This document shows, in pieces, positions 44,001 to 52,842 of a stretch of 64,000 nucleotides of DNA. The notes under the pieces are model-generated. The model saw only the letters and a list, made by a program, of their open reading frames with translations. It was not told the origin of the DNA and did no database searches. The stretch is from Corallochytrium limacisporum Hawaii (taxonomy: Eukaryota > Protista > Pluriformea): positions 1 through 64,000 of the forward strand of contig PDIP01000034.1 of NCBI GenBank assembly GCA_002811645.1. Reading direction: 5' to 3'. The first letter of the stretch is position 1; the number at the start of each line of letters is the position of its first letter. Position numbers and translations under genes: made by a program.

Positions 44001-44796
44001 GCCGGTTGCGGCAACCCTGGACGAGCGAAGCCGACAGCGTGCCGCATCGCAGCCTATGTCTGCGTCCGCACCCGGTGGTGGTCACGGCTTCCCAGCCTCC
44101 ATGGAAGAGGGACCCGACGCACGCGCGTCTTCGTCCACTCTCGGGGTAAGGAGTGACTATGGTGGCTCTCTAACCATACAGAAAGACCCGCCTGAACGAG
44201 CGACGAGTCCGGATCTGATGCTCCCCGGCATCGCTGCCTTTGGAGAAATGGTCGAGGAACAGGACTTTGTCATGGACTGGCAGATGGTCAGCCGCGAGGA
44301 AGGAGTCGATGCAAACATCGCATATTTTTCCCGAGTCGCAGCCATTTACGAGGAGCGACTCTCCTTTTTGCAGACGCTCGACATCGAAGAGTGTCGCAAG
44401 AAGACCCCGGCTGAACTGGACGCCATGCTGCCATTTAGTCGGTACCTGCTCCCGTATGTGCGCTATACACAAGCGGAATTGCCTGTCATTCGCGAACGAT
44501 TCGTATCATTGAATGGTGTGCTGCCTTTGCCGCCGGCGCTGATACAGCTCAAGAAGCAGCGGGCCGCGAAAGCCAGTAGCGGCGCTGTTGTGCATGCAGC
44601 TATCGACGAGCACCCGGACGAGGGCGACGCCAACGGCACCAAGACTACTGCCTCGAAGGACAAGCCCGCGGTGCCTGTTCCAGACGTTCTCCCTGCAGCC
44701 GGACAAAAGGGCATTCCTGGCGAAAGACCGCAGCTTGAGGTCCTCACTCAAGTCGATATGGTCGAGGATGTCGACGTCGAGAAATTGGGTGCCTGA
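38044..44796 (+). CDS. Large C2/C1-domain protein with DUF1765-like C-terminal region (2250 aa)
   Basis: C2-like strands GFLHISIIGARNLL...PVWDE...IGRTRF...GWLPLTPQGAVLVVLRF; C1 zinc finger H-x12-CDIC...CLRCQAMAHRKC...C; second C2 (GTFDVIISNINARQL...DDLIGFVIFDL...GRISFDL). C-terminal FDYDFLL..LIYYNL..FYRFLMHFDLQVRKAFMHVM resembles fungal DUF1765 (tentative). Confidence 0.8.
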   Translation: MDPYHHPEVSEDDASPSRSNSSPSHAVAIKVSDHSQQQSPGGGKSLAFSETDLRGTSPTSVVEDHENTPLKRHYSQPLGATLVASTDRSKLKKKKNQSWFGKLFGGARSRKASDRSDMSGESVGAGPDMMAPRRSSADSATLREAFPRTNHDEKIRKQRSHQPQGRLSGEGGGGQGSVEGDSSGLLSAQEMSQIIDTYGSPTGRSGFAGGQGSGGVMYGKIGFLHISIIGARNLLVPGPGGSIMTRREAERSDATMSVGLYCRQLVAHEVASQLSVDDSQRDSKVSLGSSGRGSGVGLQGKGAERLPQRAAGGRVLQSSTNWVTASDRPVWDEKERIMANTQDVVELVVCMHYGDDMDESDDIMPGHLSRGSSPEQGTIDDLRNSRDGRHVPISDSESDSDDDSLDNGLMMPDKKGVPRMPSAVPDDPRAGEVIGRTRFTIGLKCRPGLEVRGWLPLTPQGAVLVVLRFEPFTPSQINDLFSLKEIGPASDISDAEISERKVKLSPARSSPLRAQFSQNNDDGGGGSKTGSYKEDSTLDEQMKKMKKGYDVGVSMSDLAAMTGDHIIRPAAAPMKPVTCDICNHLIWSSMVRCLRCQAMAHRKCVERRPEGLSPCSAGPTPSIFGGKSPSSGTQSKTSRGAKSSKVGSSLRLPKGPLVGPKSQDITINVIKAAEDSDAEHEHSAPVTDDMAKDDMVLHKKSSNRAAKVSQQTMGERTRSMRSFPSSEDIPRIDRDMEEGTFDVIISNINARQLKEMRLSRASGVNLSGESDKPAMVSPLYVVIYWAGQLFRTGPATEIRPGVLGWPQNRFQFVHRERVDRLASQSLVVELHSGDRTEEERGGKDKKETKGWLSGLFGGGGQSSNEHTASKDSLRQSTYSNSAPSDLRSAPTADDLIGFVIFDLASVRKGPMHYDWRLVKNDKFQGRISFDLVMDQNVVVTFRFKDARFHLTSQAAGAGEDPTLTLPSLKSALKGIGGSSTSLNEMAAEAEANAAATKNSITLRSETFYMDPAEDEELSRPSSGHRRNADMKLVHPYYYTLDYNGALPVSKASTVTLSPTWSTTKQMVTISVRSSVRDLISTALRVTLWRLPPRYVSADTPVDQILRWANLDATGIAATGSTNSVNSGDREHGPKGDEVVCKCWVSLSKYLDIGSKFGQVERDLAIERRNINERLFRHGLQCGQLRGRMEVEGLPSVVPMMAGVSSETGVTPHAIILNVDDPTLSDASASNTGANSHMSLTKAQQRALPKELRNLEKDYEELVKRHHRPTAKLATPKATGGAFVKRSDLGSKTQSPFYSHQASTTTPVSNEQVHDILNRILSTLQASAKRSLRTFVYQDHAGLNYARRLYLNLWDLLISYADSAAYTDRRRYFQIITAVTRRSELTNELPAWSSNPEGLLTKPADVMFVQCLRVVLNKTVNYILVKMGKHAGSYDALRDFSTTIFVYAFLYQPWLRKCFCEELLSDQERYKRIIREWVSAEWDINDCRRWMTPQATETHGASMAMFSSIDMKDLIDRAPAKTKKGLGALDHLTSGLNEDEIVSKMHEILHQRLRHRGIFFFGFVQQLMKLVGSSADAKGVDYSWHHLAGYPQVLKAALMEMRRRKVEAYPDALMDTVRSLQRDEDTVNTLMHIVVGRSSVYNLQQVYASLQFLDVVLEGIRQRAMRRNTNNNLIQYVAASAAAKALRQNQNSESEDGRARSDISHSEVQRAAEALQIHQRPTRVGRTRYDSTRSEVYDPLSDIGGTSPGGGGSSNAMLGMGMLAAIEQRRLNDMAGGAVIDGTAALAMAQKESSSMYFSVSDVVIISAYLPEKFDYDFLLRTLTILIDQEHVEIMAMTLRLIYYNLDLMGPSRAPRLVESLFDENRFYRFLMHFDLQVRKAFMHVMFSMIYYELYLQGVLAERRREVLGDDYETVLHTQISTGDDTSLRRMVSVGGGARDAGGTAGRSLSRKSSVASVLSAREPSAAIGIPRSNSARESHASVSGASPVAATLDERSRQRAASQPMSASAPGGGHGFPASMEEGPDARASSSTLGVRSDYGGSLTIQKDPPERATSPDLMLPGIAAFGEMVEEQDFVMDWQMVSREEGVDANIAYFSRVAAIYEERLSFLQTLDIEECRKKTPAELDAMLPFSRYLLPYVRYTQAELPVIRERFVSLNGVLPLPPALIQLKKQRAAKASSGAVVHAAIDEHPDEGDANGTKTTASKDKPAVPVPDVLPAAGQKGIPGERPQLEVLTQVDMVEDVDVEKLGA

Positions 44797-45080
44797 CCCC
44801 GGCTCCAGGAAGCAGAGGACAACTTCCTCACTTCCAAGACGTTTCTACTTCACTCTCGCAGTACCCGGAAAGAATACACGAAACATTCATTATCCATCAT
44901 GCCTTTTTCCACAGTCGCATTTCGGTTTGAGCGGTCCACATTTTGCTGTTCGCATGATAGCTATAGAAATTGTAATGATTTAGTTCTGAATGAAGCTACA
45001 CGTGACGACTACTTGTGACTTAGCAAGGTTGCCTCTTTTGAAAAAAGTCCAACTCGAAATAATCAGATCTCAGTTCACAG

Positions 45081-47087
45081 TTACTTGCCACCAGCAGGCA
45101 GACGCTCCACCTTCTTCTCAATGAACGTCTCCACGACCTCCTCCGTCTCTACATAGTCGTCCTCGTCATCGGAGAGATCGCCTCCGCGTAGTTCAATGCG
45201 CGCCTGGCGTTCGCTCTTACGGCGCTCCTCGACCGCCTTACGGAAGGCATCGTACTCTTCGATAAGACGGCGACGTTTCTCGATAAGTTCCTTGGACGCA
45301 TGGCTCTCAGCCAGGGCATCAAGGCGGTCAAACTTCTGCGAATACTGTTTCATATTCTTCTTCAGCTTCTTGACATCGTCCTTATTGAGCAAGGAAGCCG
45401 GGCGAGGACGCCACAGCACCTGCCAGAGCTTCTCGAACTTCTTGGCCTGTAGTTCATTGCCCTGGAAAGTCCAGATGATGAAGCCATTCTCCATCTTGGA
45501 CCGCAGTTGGCTAACGCTTGTGGTCACGAACCGTCCAGTGGGGTCCCATTCTACATCTGTCGCCATGAAGTGTTCCTCCACGGCCATGGACGTCAGGTTG
45601 TCCACGTCCCAGAACTCGAGGGTACCATTCATGGTTCGGATGCCCGCGAGAAGGACGAACTGCCCTTTGGGCGACCAGAAAATGTGGTTCAGTTGCTTCT
45701 TCTCCAGTGTGTGCAGAAGTGTGATCTTTCCACCAGACACGGTCTGCTCCATAGCGTAGAAGGAAACGTTGGTCTTGGTCTGCTCACCACTAATCAAGCA
45801 GAAGCGGTTGCCCTGGGGTTCCCAGCTGAAGGCGATGACATTCTCCTTGACTTCAAGCACGTCGACTGGAACCTGCTTCTCACGCAGACGGAAGATTTCC
45901 AAGTTGATATAAGTGGTCTTCTTCGTCTTAGTGAAACGATCGACCTTCACGCAGAGATAGTCACCGGTCTTCTGCCAGAACATGTGTGCCATATGAACGT
46001 TGAACAAGTTCTTAACCCGGAGTTCCTGGCGGCTCGGAATAGACATGGTCACAACTCGGGCTGGGTTGTTGTCCAGTTCGGGTACCCAATAAGCAATAAT
46101 ATTGTCTGTGGGTGACCAGCTGAAGTCTTGCAGGCCGGGAACTTCCAATTTCTTCTTATCCAGGAGCTTGAAGGTCTCCGTCTCGTAGATGCGGATGCCC
46201 TCGTTGGGAACCAAACGGGCAAAGTACTTGTCGTCGGGGCTCCACTTCAGAACAGGACCCTCGGGAAAGGCGCGCATCTTCTCTCCAGTACGAATGTTCC
46301 ATACAATGATGGACTGGGGGTTGCCCGGTTCATCGACCACCTCAGAACTGTAGGTCACCAGGTAGTTCTCTTGGGGTGAGAAGTCAATGATCTTGGCACC
46401 TGGATGGGGGAACTTGCCCGCTTGGGTCCAGTTCTCGCCGCTCCACAAAGCAATACCTTGACGGTGGAACGTGGCCAGGTACGAGCCCAACGGGCTCCAC
46501 AAAACACCTGTTTCGGTCCAGTTTAGACGCTGGGTGATGCCCTCAGGATCATCGCGCGTATTGTGCCAATATATCGAGGTCATGTCATCGTGACGCACCA
46601 CAAACTGATCTCGCGCGGATTCGTCGGAAAGCCACCAACGCGGATTGTCCTGGGGCTCGTACGCTTCACGCTCTACGCCCTGGAAATCTACAGGCCATTT
46701 AGCAAAACGCTCAATGTCAGTGAAGTGGTTGGCTTCAAAGGTATGCTTTTTGTCGAGCTTGTACCCCTGGAGGCCAGAGATAGCGGCTTTGGCCTGGCTG
46801 GCGTTCTGAAATTCGACAAAAGCGTATCCTTTGCTCAGATCTGAACCAGGATCCCGAGGCATATAGATGCCGTCCTCACGAACCTTACCATAGTTGGAGC
46901 AGAGGTTCTTCAGGACCGTTGTCAACTTCTTTTCCTTTGCTTCCGGGACCTTTGGGACCTGGTCGAGGACAATGACACTCTCAAAAGGATCGTCAAGAGA
47001 GGGCTTTTCAGCCATTAGATCGCCGACCAACTGATCATCGCCTCCATCGTCTGTATAGTTGCGAGTGAAACCGTCGCCTCCCGCCAT
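45081..47087 (-). CDS. EIF3B: Translation initiation factor 3 subunit B
   Basis: RRM (VIVLDQVPKV...SKGYAFVEF...GYKLDKKHTF); WD-like repeats WTET..WSPLGSYLATFHRQGIALW, EHFMATDVEWDPTGRFV; WRPRP. Confidence 0.98.
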   Translation of the reverse strand: MAGGDGFTRNYTDDGGDDQLVGDLMAEKPSLDDPFESVIVLDQVPKVPEAKEKKLTTVLKNLCSNYGKVREDGIYMPRDPGSDLSKGYAFVEFQNASQAKAAISGLQGYKLDKKHTFEANHFTDIERFAKWPVDFQGVEREAYEPQDNPRWWLSDESARDQFVVRHDDMTSIYWHNTRDDPEGITQRLNWTETGVLWSPLGSYLATFHRQGIALWSGENWTQAGKFPHPGAKIIDFSPQENYLVTYSSEVVDEPGNPQSIIVWNIRTGEKMRAFPEGPVLKWSPDDKYFARLVPNEGIRIYETETFKLLDKKKLEVPGLQDFSWSPTDNIIAYWVPELDNNPARVVTMSIPSRQELRVKNLFNVHMAHMFWQKTGDYLCVKVDRFTKTKKTTYINLEIFRLREKQVPVDVLEVKENVIAFSWEPQGNRFCLISGEQTKTNVSFYAMEQTVSGGKITLLHTLEKKQLNHIFWSPKGQFVLLAGIRTMNGTLEFWDVDNLTSMAVEEHFMATDVEWDPTGRFVTTSVSQLRSKMENGFIIWTFQGNELQAKKFEKLWQVLWRPRPASLLNKDDVKKLKKNMKQYSQKFDRLDALAESHASKELIEKRRRLIEEYDAFRKAVEERRKSERQARIELRGGDLSDDEDDYVETEEVVETFIEKKVERLPAGGK

Positions 47088-48073
47088 AATTGTATATTTG
47101 AAGGTTTGATTGCCCTTGGTATATATAGAAACCCGTGTTGCCGGCTAAGTGAACTTCAGCTTAGGACTGTTTCTTGTATAGTGTTTCCCAAACTGTGATC
47201 AACTCTTTCGAAAGGTTCTTGTTCCTAACCTTTCGCGAGCTGTGATGTACACTGTTTTGTTTCTTTAAGGTGTGCAAGCAATAAGAATTCCAGTAGTCTT
47301 CTTTGAAACACGGGGGTAAATTTGACCTCTTAAATACGGCTTTTCTATATTACTGCTTAAAGAATGGTCATCTTTCTAAATTTTGGCATTACTAACACAA
47401 CGCAGTGGTCTTACGAAGACAAACGCGACGAGCTGTACCAACACTTCCCACACCTCAGCGCAAACACACGCTGTTGCATCCCAAAGTGGGGCCCCGTTCC
47501 ACAACCAGTCGCATCTCCTCCTATGTTGTTCGGTGTATGGAGAACCTCGAAGAGATGCAAGCCTATCAAAACGGACCGTACCAATAGAGACGAACATTGC
47601 TCCATCTCGGCAGTACATACATCTCTACTGGTCTGGACTCAGTCTTTGCACTCACTGACCAAAAAGTTTGTGGCTGGATGTGGCTGTTTATGTGTGTGTG
47701 TGTGCGTGTGTGTGTGGAAAGCTGGTTTGCCTTGCTTTTCAGTGCCCAGCACTACCCCCACGTGTGCTTCGCCGCTGCGGGAGGGATAATTGGGAAGAGA
47801 GGGGTGGGGAAGAGGGTATTGGTGAACCAGCAGGGTGGAGACGGGCGGCGCGGAGAAGGGACCGGGGAAGCGGCAGCCAAAGGAAGGGATAGGTGAGAAG
47901 GAGAAATGCACAAGTTCCAGATCCCGGATATGTAATTCAAAACAAGCCCGCGGGGCGACGGCGCTGAGTGCGGGACGGTGGGTGACTATGAAAGCGTTGG
48001 GATGGTGTATGATTGTACTGATATGTCGATTAACGTAGCAAACGAAAGCAACCACATGCTACCAGTGAGACGC

Positions 48074-50332
48074 TCAAGACTTGTCTGCATTGTCTGTGAC
48101 ATACTTCATGGCGGCCTGCACGTGGCGATCAAATGCAGCAGTGGCCTTTCGTGCTTCGTCTGGGAACTCACCGATGAAGCCGACGTCCTCTCCGACTTTG
48201 AACATCCATCCTTTGCCCTGAAAGTTGCGAGCAACCAAGGATAGGAAATCACGCAACTGTTGTGGAGATACAAGGCCCTTTAGAGAGGTCATCAGTGTCT
48301 TCTTTGTCACTGGACCTTCTTGTGTGTCTCGCATCTGTGCAAGAATATAGTCGCGCACTAAACGGTGCTTGGTACCCTCCGGTGCATCCCCGAGCAGAAC
48401 CTCTGATGTGACTACCCATCGATTACCCACGAAATGCGCATTCTGGCGAAGGCTTCGGATCAGATCCCGGTCTGTGGTGCCCTCCGGTAAGGTATGCTTT
48501 TCCTGGAAGTCTGCGAGGGTGGCAATTCCGAATTTCACTAGAACTTCGCGGACCAGGTTGTCAAGAGCACGATTCATAGTTGTTTCCCTCAGTCCGCCAC
48601 TCGAAGCGCCTGCTCCGGACATCTTCGAACGGCGACGGCCTGGCGTTGATGCAACAGAGCTAGGTAGAGTGCCTGGAGCACCAGAACCGAGAGTATCACT
48701 ACTGAGGTCTAGGGCTCCTTCCTTGACACTGCCGGAGACACTGCCAATGCCGCTGATCCGCAAATCTGTTCCGGCATGGTGGTCACCGTCCTCAAAGTCG
48801 TCCTCAATCATGCCTAACACTGCACTGGCGTACTGCGCGCGTTGGTCTGCATCGCTTAGTGGCCGACCGTCCGCGTCAGTGGGCACCGTGACTGAAGCAG
48901 CCGCACCGCCGGAAGGTGGGCGGACGACAATGCGCTCGAGGCCTTTGGGGCCGGTGGCGCGAACACGGAGATGTTGCCATGGTTCTTGTGCTTCGAGCGC
49001 ATCCTGATAAGCGAAGGATCGAACTTGCGCAGCCAGTGCGCGGTCGGTCTCCTTGCGGTGGAAGCGCACTTGTACAGAGTCTCCCATATCGGACGACATG
49101 GTGTTGGTGCGTTGCCGACCACCGTAGCCACCGTATCCGGCTGCAGCAGCCGAACTGAAACCGGTGCTAGAGGTGGGTGCATTGGAGCCGGCACCAGCAG
49201 CGCCACCGCCATCCACGTCCATAGCAACGTTCTCTCCGCTGCCCGTACCCTGCAACATCCACGCCGGAGGAGGTCCAATGCGGTCTGTGCCAGCGTCCAA
49301 GTGAGGAAGGGATGGTCGCATCTGAAGGACAGCATCTATGGGCAATAGAACCAGTTCATATGGGAGATCACTGTCATTGGCCTGGCCATCGGTGGGCATC
49401 AAGACGGCCAGGGCTAGATCTGCGGAATTGACCGTGTCTGTGGATTTGTGAGTGATGCGGAACGCGCCTAGTTCCTGGTCTCCGTCAGCATCCTTGGGAT
49501 CGAAGTCTCCGGTGTCCATTTCACCGCGATCGGGTGAGGTGACTTGGCGCCGCAGCGTTTTGACACTACGACTGTTTCGGGAGCGGCTAGAGGTCGAGCT
49601 CACAGCTGTCTTGGCGTGATGAACCTGGTGCTGGTTCTTGTTAAACGTACGCAATTGCGCTGCCTGGCGGGAATCTACCGTCCGAGTGTGTGCTGGAGCG
49701 ACACTGTCCAGCATCACCTTCTGTTGCTTCGGACGTACGCGGAAGGAACCCAGAAGTTGACCCTCGTGCTTACTGAAACCGTCGCTCTCATCTCCACGGT
49801 GCGGCCTTGGTCGTCCGGGGAACTGAAGAAGATAGATCTGCATGCCTTCAGGGTTTGTGGCTCCGAAACGCACTGGAATCTCTGCCACAATCGGATCATT
49901 CTCGTCATCTTCACCCTCACCTCCATTCTCACGTTCATTAATATCCATCTGCTGGCTGTTCTTTTCTTTTGCGACATTGCTGCCTTCAGTCTGGTCCCTC
50001 TCTGCTTCGTCATCATAGACAGTTGATTCATTTGCTGCGGTCGCTGTATCCTCGTCTACAGACATGGCTTGGGCATCATAAGAAGTGGTCTCACTCTGCT
50101 CTGCCCTCTTTACGCTGGATCCTCGGTTTGCAATGGTAGAAGCCCTGGAAGAATCTGCAACCTGGGACTGCGGAGCGTTGTTGCCAGCGGCTTCGTCATT
50201 TTTCTGTTCTTCTTTAACTGTGGATTCGGGGCCGTGCAGGTCGCTTTCTGCTGCGGCTGCTGCGGCAACAGGCCGCTGACGGTTAGCCCGTGTAATATTT
50301 GGCTTTATGCTGCGCCGGCCACTCCTCTGCAT
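48074..50332 (-). CDS. POLR3E: RNA polymerase III subunit RPC5 (Sin_N domain)
   Basis: DPIVAEIPV..IYLLQFPGRP..RVRPKQQKV..LLPIDAVLQMRPSLPHLD..VQVRF..RSFAY..EPW, followed by a C-terminal extension (GNRWVVTSE, RDYIL). Confidence 0.85.
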   Translation of the reverse strand: MQRSGRRSIKPNITRANRQRPVAAAAAAESDLHGPESTVKEEQKNDEAAGNNAPQSQVADSSRASTIANRGSSVKRAEQSETTSYDAQAMSVDEDTATAANESTVYDDEAERDQTEGSNVAKEKNSQQMDINERENGGEGEDDENDPIVAEIPVRFGATNPEGMQIYLLQFPGRPRPHRGDESDGFSKHEGQLLGSFRVRPKQQKVMLDSVAPAHTRTVDSRQAAQLRTFNKNQHQVHHAKTAVSSTSSRSRNSRSVKTLRRQVTSPDRGEMDTGDFDPKDADGDQELGAFRITHKSTDTVNSADLALAVLMPTDGQANDSDLPYELVLLPIDAVLQMRPSLPHLDAGTDRIGPPPAWMLQGTGSGENVAMDVDGGGAAGAGSNAPTSSTGFSSAAAAGYGGYGGRQRTNTMSSDMGDSVQVRFHRKETDRALAAQVRSFAYQDALEAQEPWQHLRVRATGPKGLERIVVRPPSGGAAASVTVPTDADGRPLSDADQRAQYASAVLGMIEDDFEDGDHHAGTDLRISGIGSVSGSVKEGALDLSSDTLGSGAPGTLPSSVASTPGRRRSKMSGAGASSGGLRETTMNRALDNLVREVLVKFGIATLADFQEKHTLPEGTTDRDLIRSLRQNAHFVGNRWVVTSEVLLGDAPEGTKHRLVRDYILAQMRDTQEGPVTKKTLMTSLKGLVSPQQLRDFLSLVARNFQGKGWMFKVGEDVGFIGEFPDEARKATAAFDRHVQAAMKYVTDNADKS

Positions 50333-50871
50333 TATTCTACGGTTTGAACTATTGATACTATAGTAAGCTACGCGGACGTTTTTCGCCTTGCTCCGATACA
50401 GGATTCACCACACGATCGATATGACCCACCATTCACATGATTTTCCGTGCTTCTTTAAGTCGCTACTCGGTCGTTTTTCATGATCTCTTGTGTCACTGTA
50501 GTGATTGCTATGCATGTATTAGTTACATCAGAACTTTCTTAAACCTTTGTGGTTAACAGAACAAAACAAAACAACAGCCACGCGAACAGGCTGTATTTGC
50601 CATGGGTGAACCGCGCAGCAGGTGAAACCCGCACTCTTCCTGCTTGGGAGGGTCGGGGCAAGTAGTGTGGTCAAGAACACACGCGGGGCATCCCTCCCTC
50701 CCCCTCTGGGGGGGGGGGCCCTTCCCGTACGTTTTGCACAGGCGTGCACGACGCAATTTTTTTAGAGGTCCCCTTTTTTTCCCGTTCCGGAGCCCGTTCG
50801 GATGAGATGAAGCAGCGGCGAGAGAAAGGACCGGTTGGCGACAACTTAGATGTTTTCGACCACTGTAGTAT

Positions 50872-50935
50872 CAGGAGCAGTAGAGTGCAGGAGCAGTAGA
50901 GTGCAGGAGCAGTAGAGTGCAGGAGCAGTAGAGTG
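50872..50935. repeat. Perfect 16-bp tandem repeat x4 (CAGGAGCAGTAGAGTG)
   Basis: Four identical contiguous copies with no spacers. Confidence 0.95.
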
Positions 50936-51084
50936 TGAATGTTCACCAATTCCGTTCAGATATGATGTTTAACCGACTTTCAAGTAAATGATCTTAAAGA
51001 GATGTGTGTATTGGGGCTGTCAGCGGCACCAGGGTAAGATGACGCAAAGGTCGAAATCACAGTTCAAAGTATTGTTTCCTTCAA

Positions 51085-52017
51085 TCAGTCCGTTGTTGAT
51101 TTTTGGTACGCAAAGAAGTAAAACTTGAAGCCGAGAGACATTCCCAAGGCAGTGAGCAGGCAGATGACCTGTGAGATCCGCAAAGTTTTCATGTCTGCCT
51201 CCCGCAGTTCGCTGCCGAGATTAATGGCCTGCACAATGCCGCTGAAAAGGAAACCCGCCAGGATCAGGATCCAGCGCAACCATTCAAAATTTAGAACGCA
51301 CAGTAGACTGATCGGCAGGTACACTACCAGAGAATATCCGACTAAACAGACGAGCTCTAAGATGGGCATGGGTGCGTTGTTGTAGCGCAGCCATCCCCAA
51401 AGACCTGCAGGTACAATGATGAGGTAACCGTATACAAAGGTTGCTCCAAGGCTGATCTTGGTGAAATCGTACCGCCAGTTTTCATGAGCACTCAAGGCTT
51501 CGCTCAGATTCGCAAAAATTCCCATGGCAAAGACCAGTGTTGTGGCAATCCAGAACGGTCCGTACAAATCCGGCGCCTTGCCGAGGCGTTCGAAAAATGA
51601 TGAATCCCACGGAGTGGCGGCTAGCTTGCTGCGTTCGATGACCATTGGTGTGTCTACATCAAAGAATTGTGAATAGTAATCGATACTGAAGATGGATCCG
51701 CTGCGGGGCTGTGACTGCCCTTCGGTAGCTGTGCCTGTTTGCTCGTGGGACATTGGCTGCATGGGCTCAAGCGGAGCTTGGTTAGACAGCAGTCCAGCCG
51801 CGTCCGTTGTTCCGATCGTTGGTTCCGCTGCTTGCGCCTGTGTATTTATATCTGCAGCATAGTCGTAGTCTGTCTTGTAAAAGTCATCGTCGTCATTGGC
51901 TCCGTTGTTGGCGCTTGCGTCACCGATCAGGTTCTCGTTTCCAGAAGGAGCAGTGGTCGGCTCTCCGAACGGATTATCGTCGTCATCGTCGAACAACTTG
52001 TTGTATTTGTTGCTCAT
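51085..52017 (-). CDS. YIPF1: Yip1-domain Golgi membrane protein (YIPF1/YIPF2 type)
   Basis: YYSQFFDVDT, PDLYGPFWIATTLVF, YDFTKIS, ELVCLVGYSL..P.SLLC, FKFYFF; five TM segments; N-terminal acidic DNPF motif. Confidence 0.9.
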   Translation of the reverse strand: MSNKYNKLFDDDDDNPFGEPTTAPSGNENLIGDASANNGANDDDDFYKTDYDYAADINTQAQAAEPTIGTTDAAGLLSNQAPLEPMQPMSHEQTGTATEGQSQPRSGSIFSIDYYSQFFDVDTPMVIERSKLAATPWDSSFFERLGKAPDLYGPFWIATTLVFAMGIFANLSEALSAHENWRYDFTKISLGATFVYGYLIIVPAGLWGWLRYNNAPMPILELVCLVGYSLVVYLPISLLCVLNFEWLRWILILAGFLFSGIVQAINLGSELREADMKTLRISQVICLLTALGMSLGFKFYFFAYQKSTTD

Positions 52018-52656
52018 AGTGACTTTACTAGTTCTTTGACTCCTTTCTTACCCAGTGCCACACGAATTTTGATACGTTTGCTAAACGGATGTATGTCACG
52101 TCACTCTGATATCACCGAAACAAGTCATGTAATTTCACTGTTTACAATGCAATGAACATTGTGTACATGGATCAATATGTAATATTTTAAGTACCACTTG
52201 CACATGATCTCATTATCGTTCGTCATCACCTCCAACGAAGGCACTAGACAAAACAAAAACAACATGCTGAGCGATTCCGTCCTACCCGCACAGGAAGTCG
52301 CCTTCACCCGGGAAAAAGTGGCGGCTTACCAGCACATCTTGGGTACAAACACTACCACGGGCGTCTCCGCTGGCTTTTTGTGTGTCCGTTTTGAGTTATC
52401 GCGATTGGGGTGACCAGTGTTTTCGCTTGCTTTGGCGGGTAAAATCGTCCACTTGGTAGTGAATCAACTGATATGCTTACGGTTCAATACATTCACTATT
52501 CAAGTGCATCGTGATGAAATATAGCTGAACCCCTATTTAATTTAACATCCCCCCCCCTCCCGCGGGAGGCCGGTCAGAGCGCATGGGAAGACTTAAAGAG
52601 TCGGTGGTGGCTGTCGGCAGCAAGTGTTTTGAACGCATTTCGTATGACCGTTTGCC

Positions 52657-52842
52657 TTGCCAACCAGTGCGTTCAGCAAAGTAACAACACTGGCAGCCCG
52701 GGGCGACAGCAGTACATTCGCTAATCAGGTTGCAGGCGCCTCCGTGGTGGCCCTTGAGCACCTGGGCATGCACATACATGCACTGCCGTCTGCCTCCGAT
52801 TCACTGCTGACTGCCAGCGACGATGGCTATCCGAGTGTGTGA
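52657..52842 (+). pseudogene. Decayed WD40 fragment resembling WDR61/Ski8
   Basis: ALEHLGMHIHALPSASDSLLTASDDGYPSV* aligns by eye with human WDR61 [33 protein letters not shown]. Stops follow immediately and no long ORF is present. Confidence 0.4.

Noticed and set aside
50872-50935. CRISPR-like array
   Set aside because: The repeats are contiguous with no spacers, there are no cas genes, and the context is eukaryotic.
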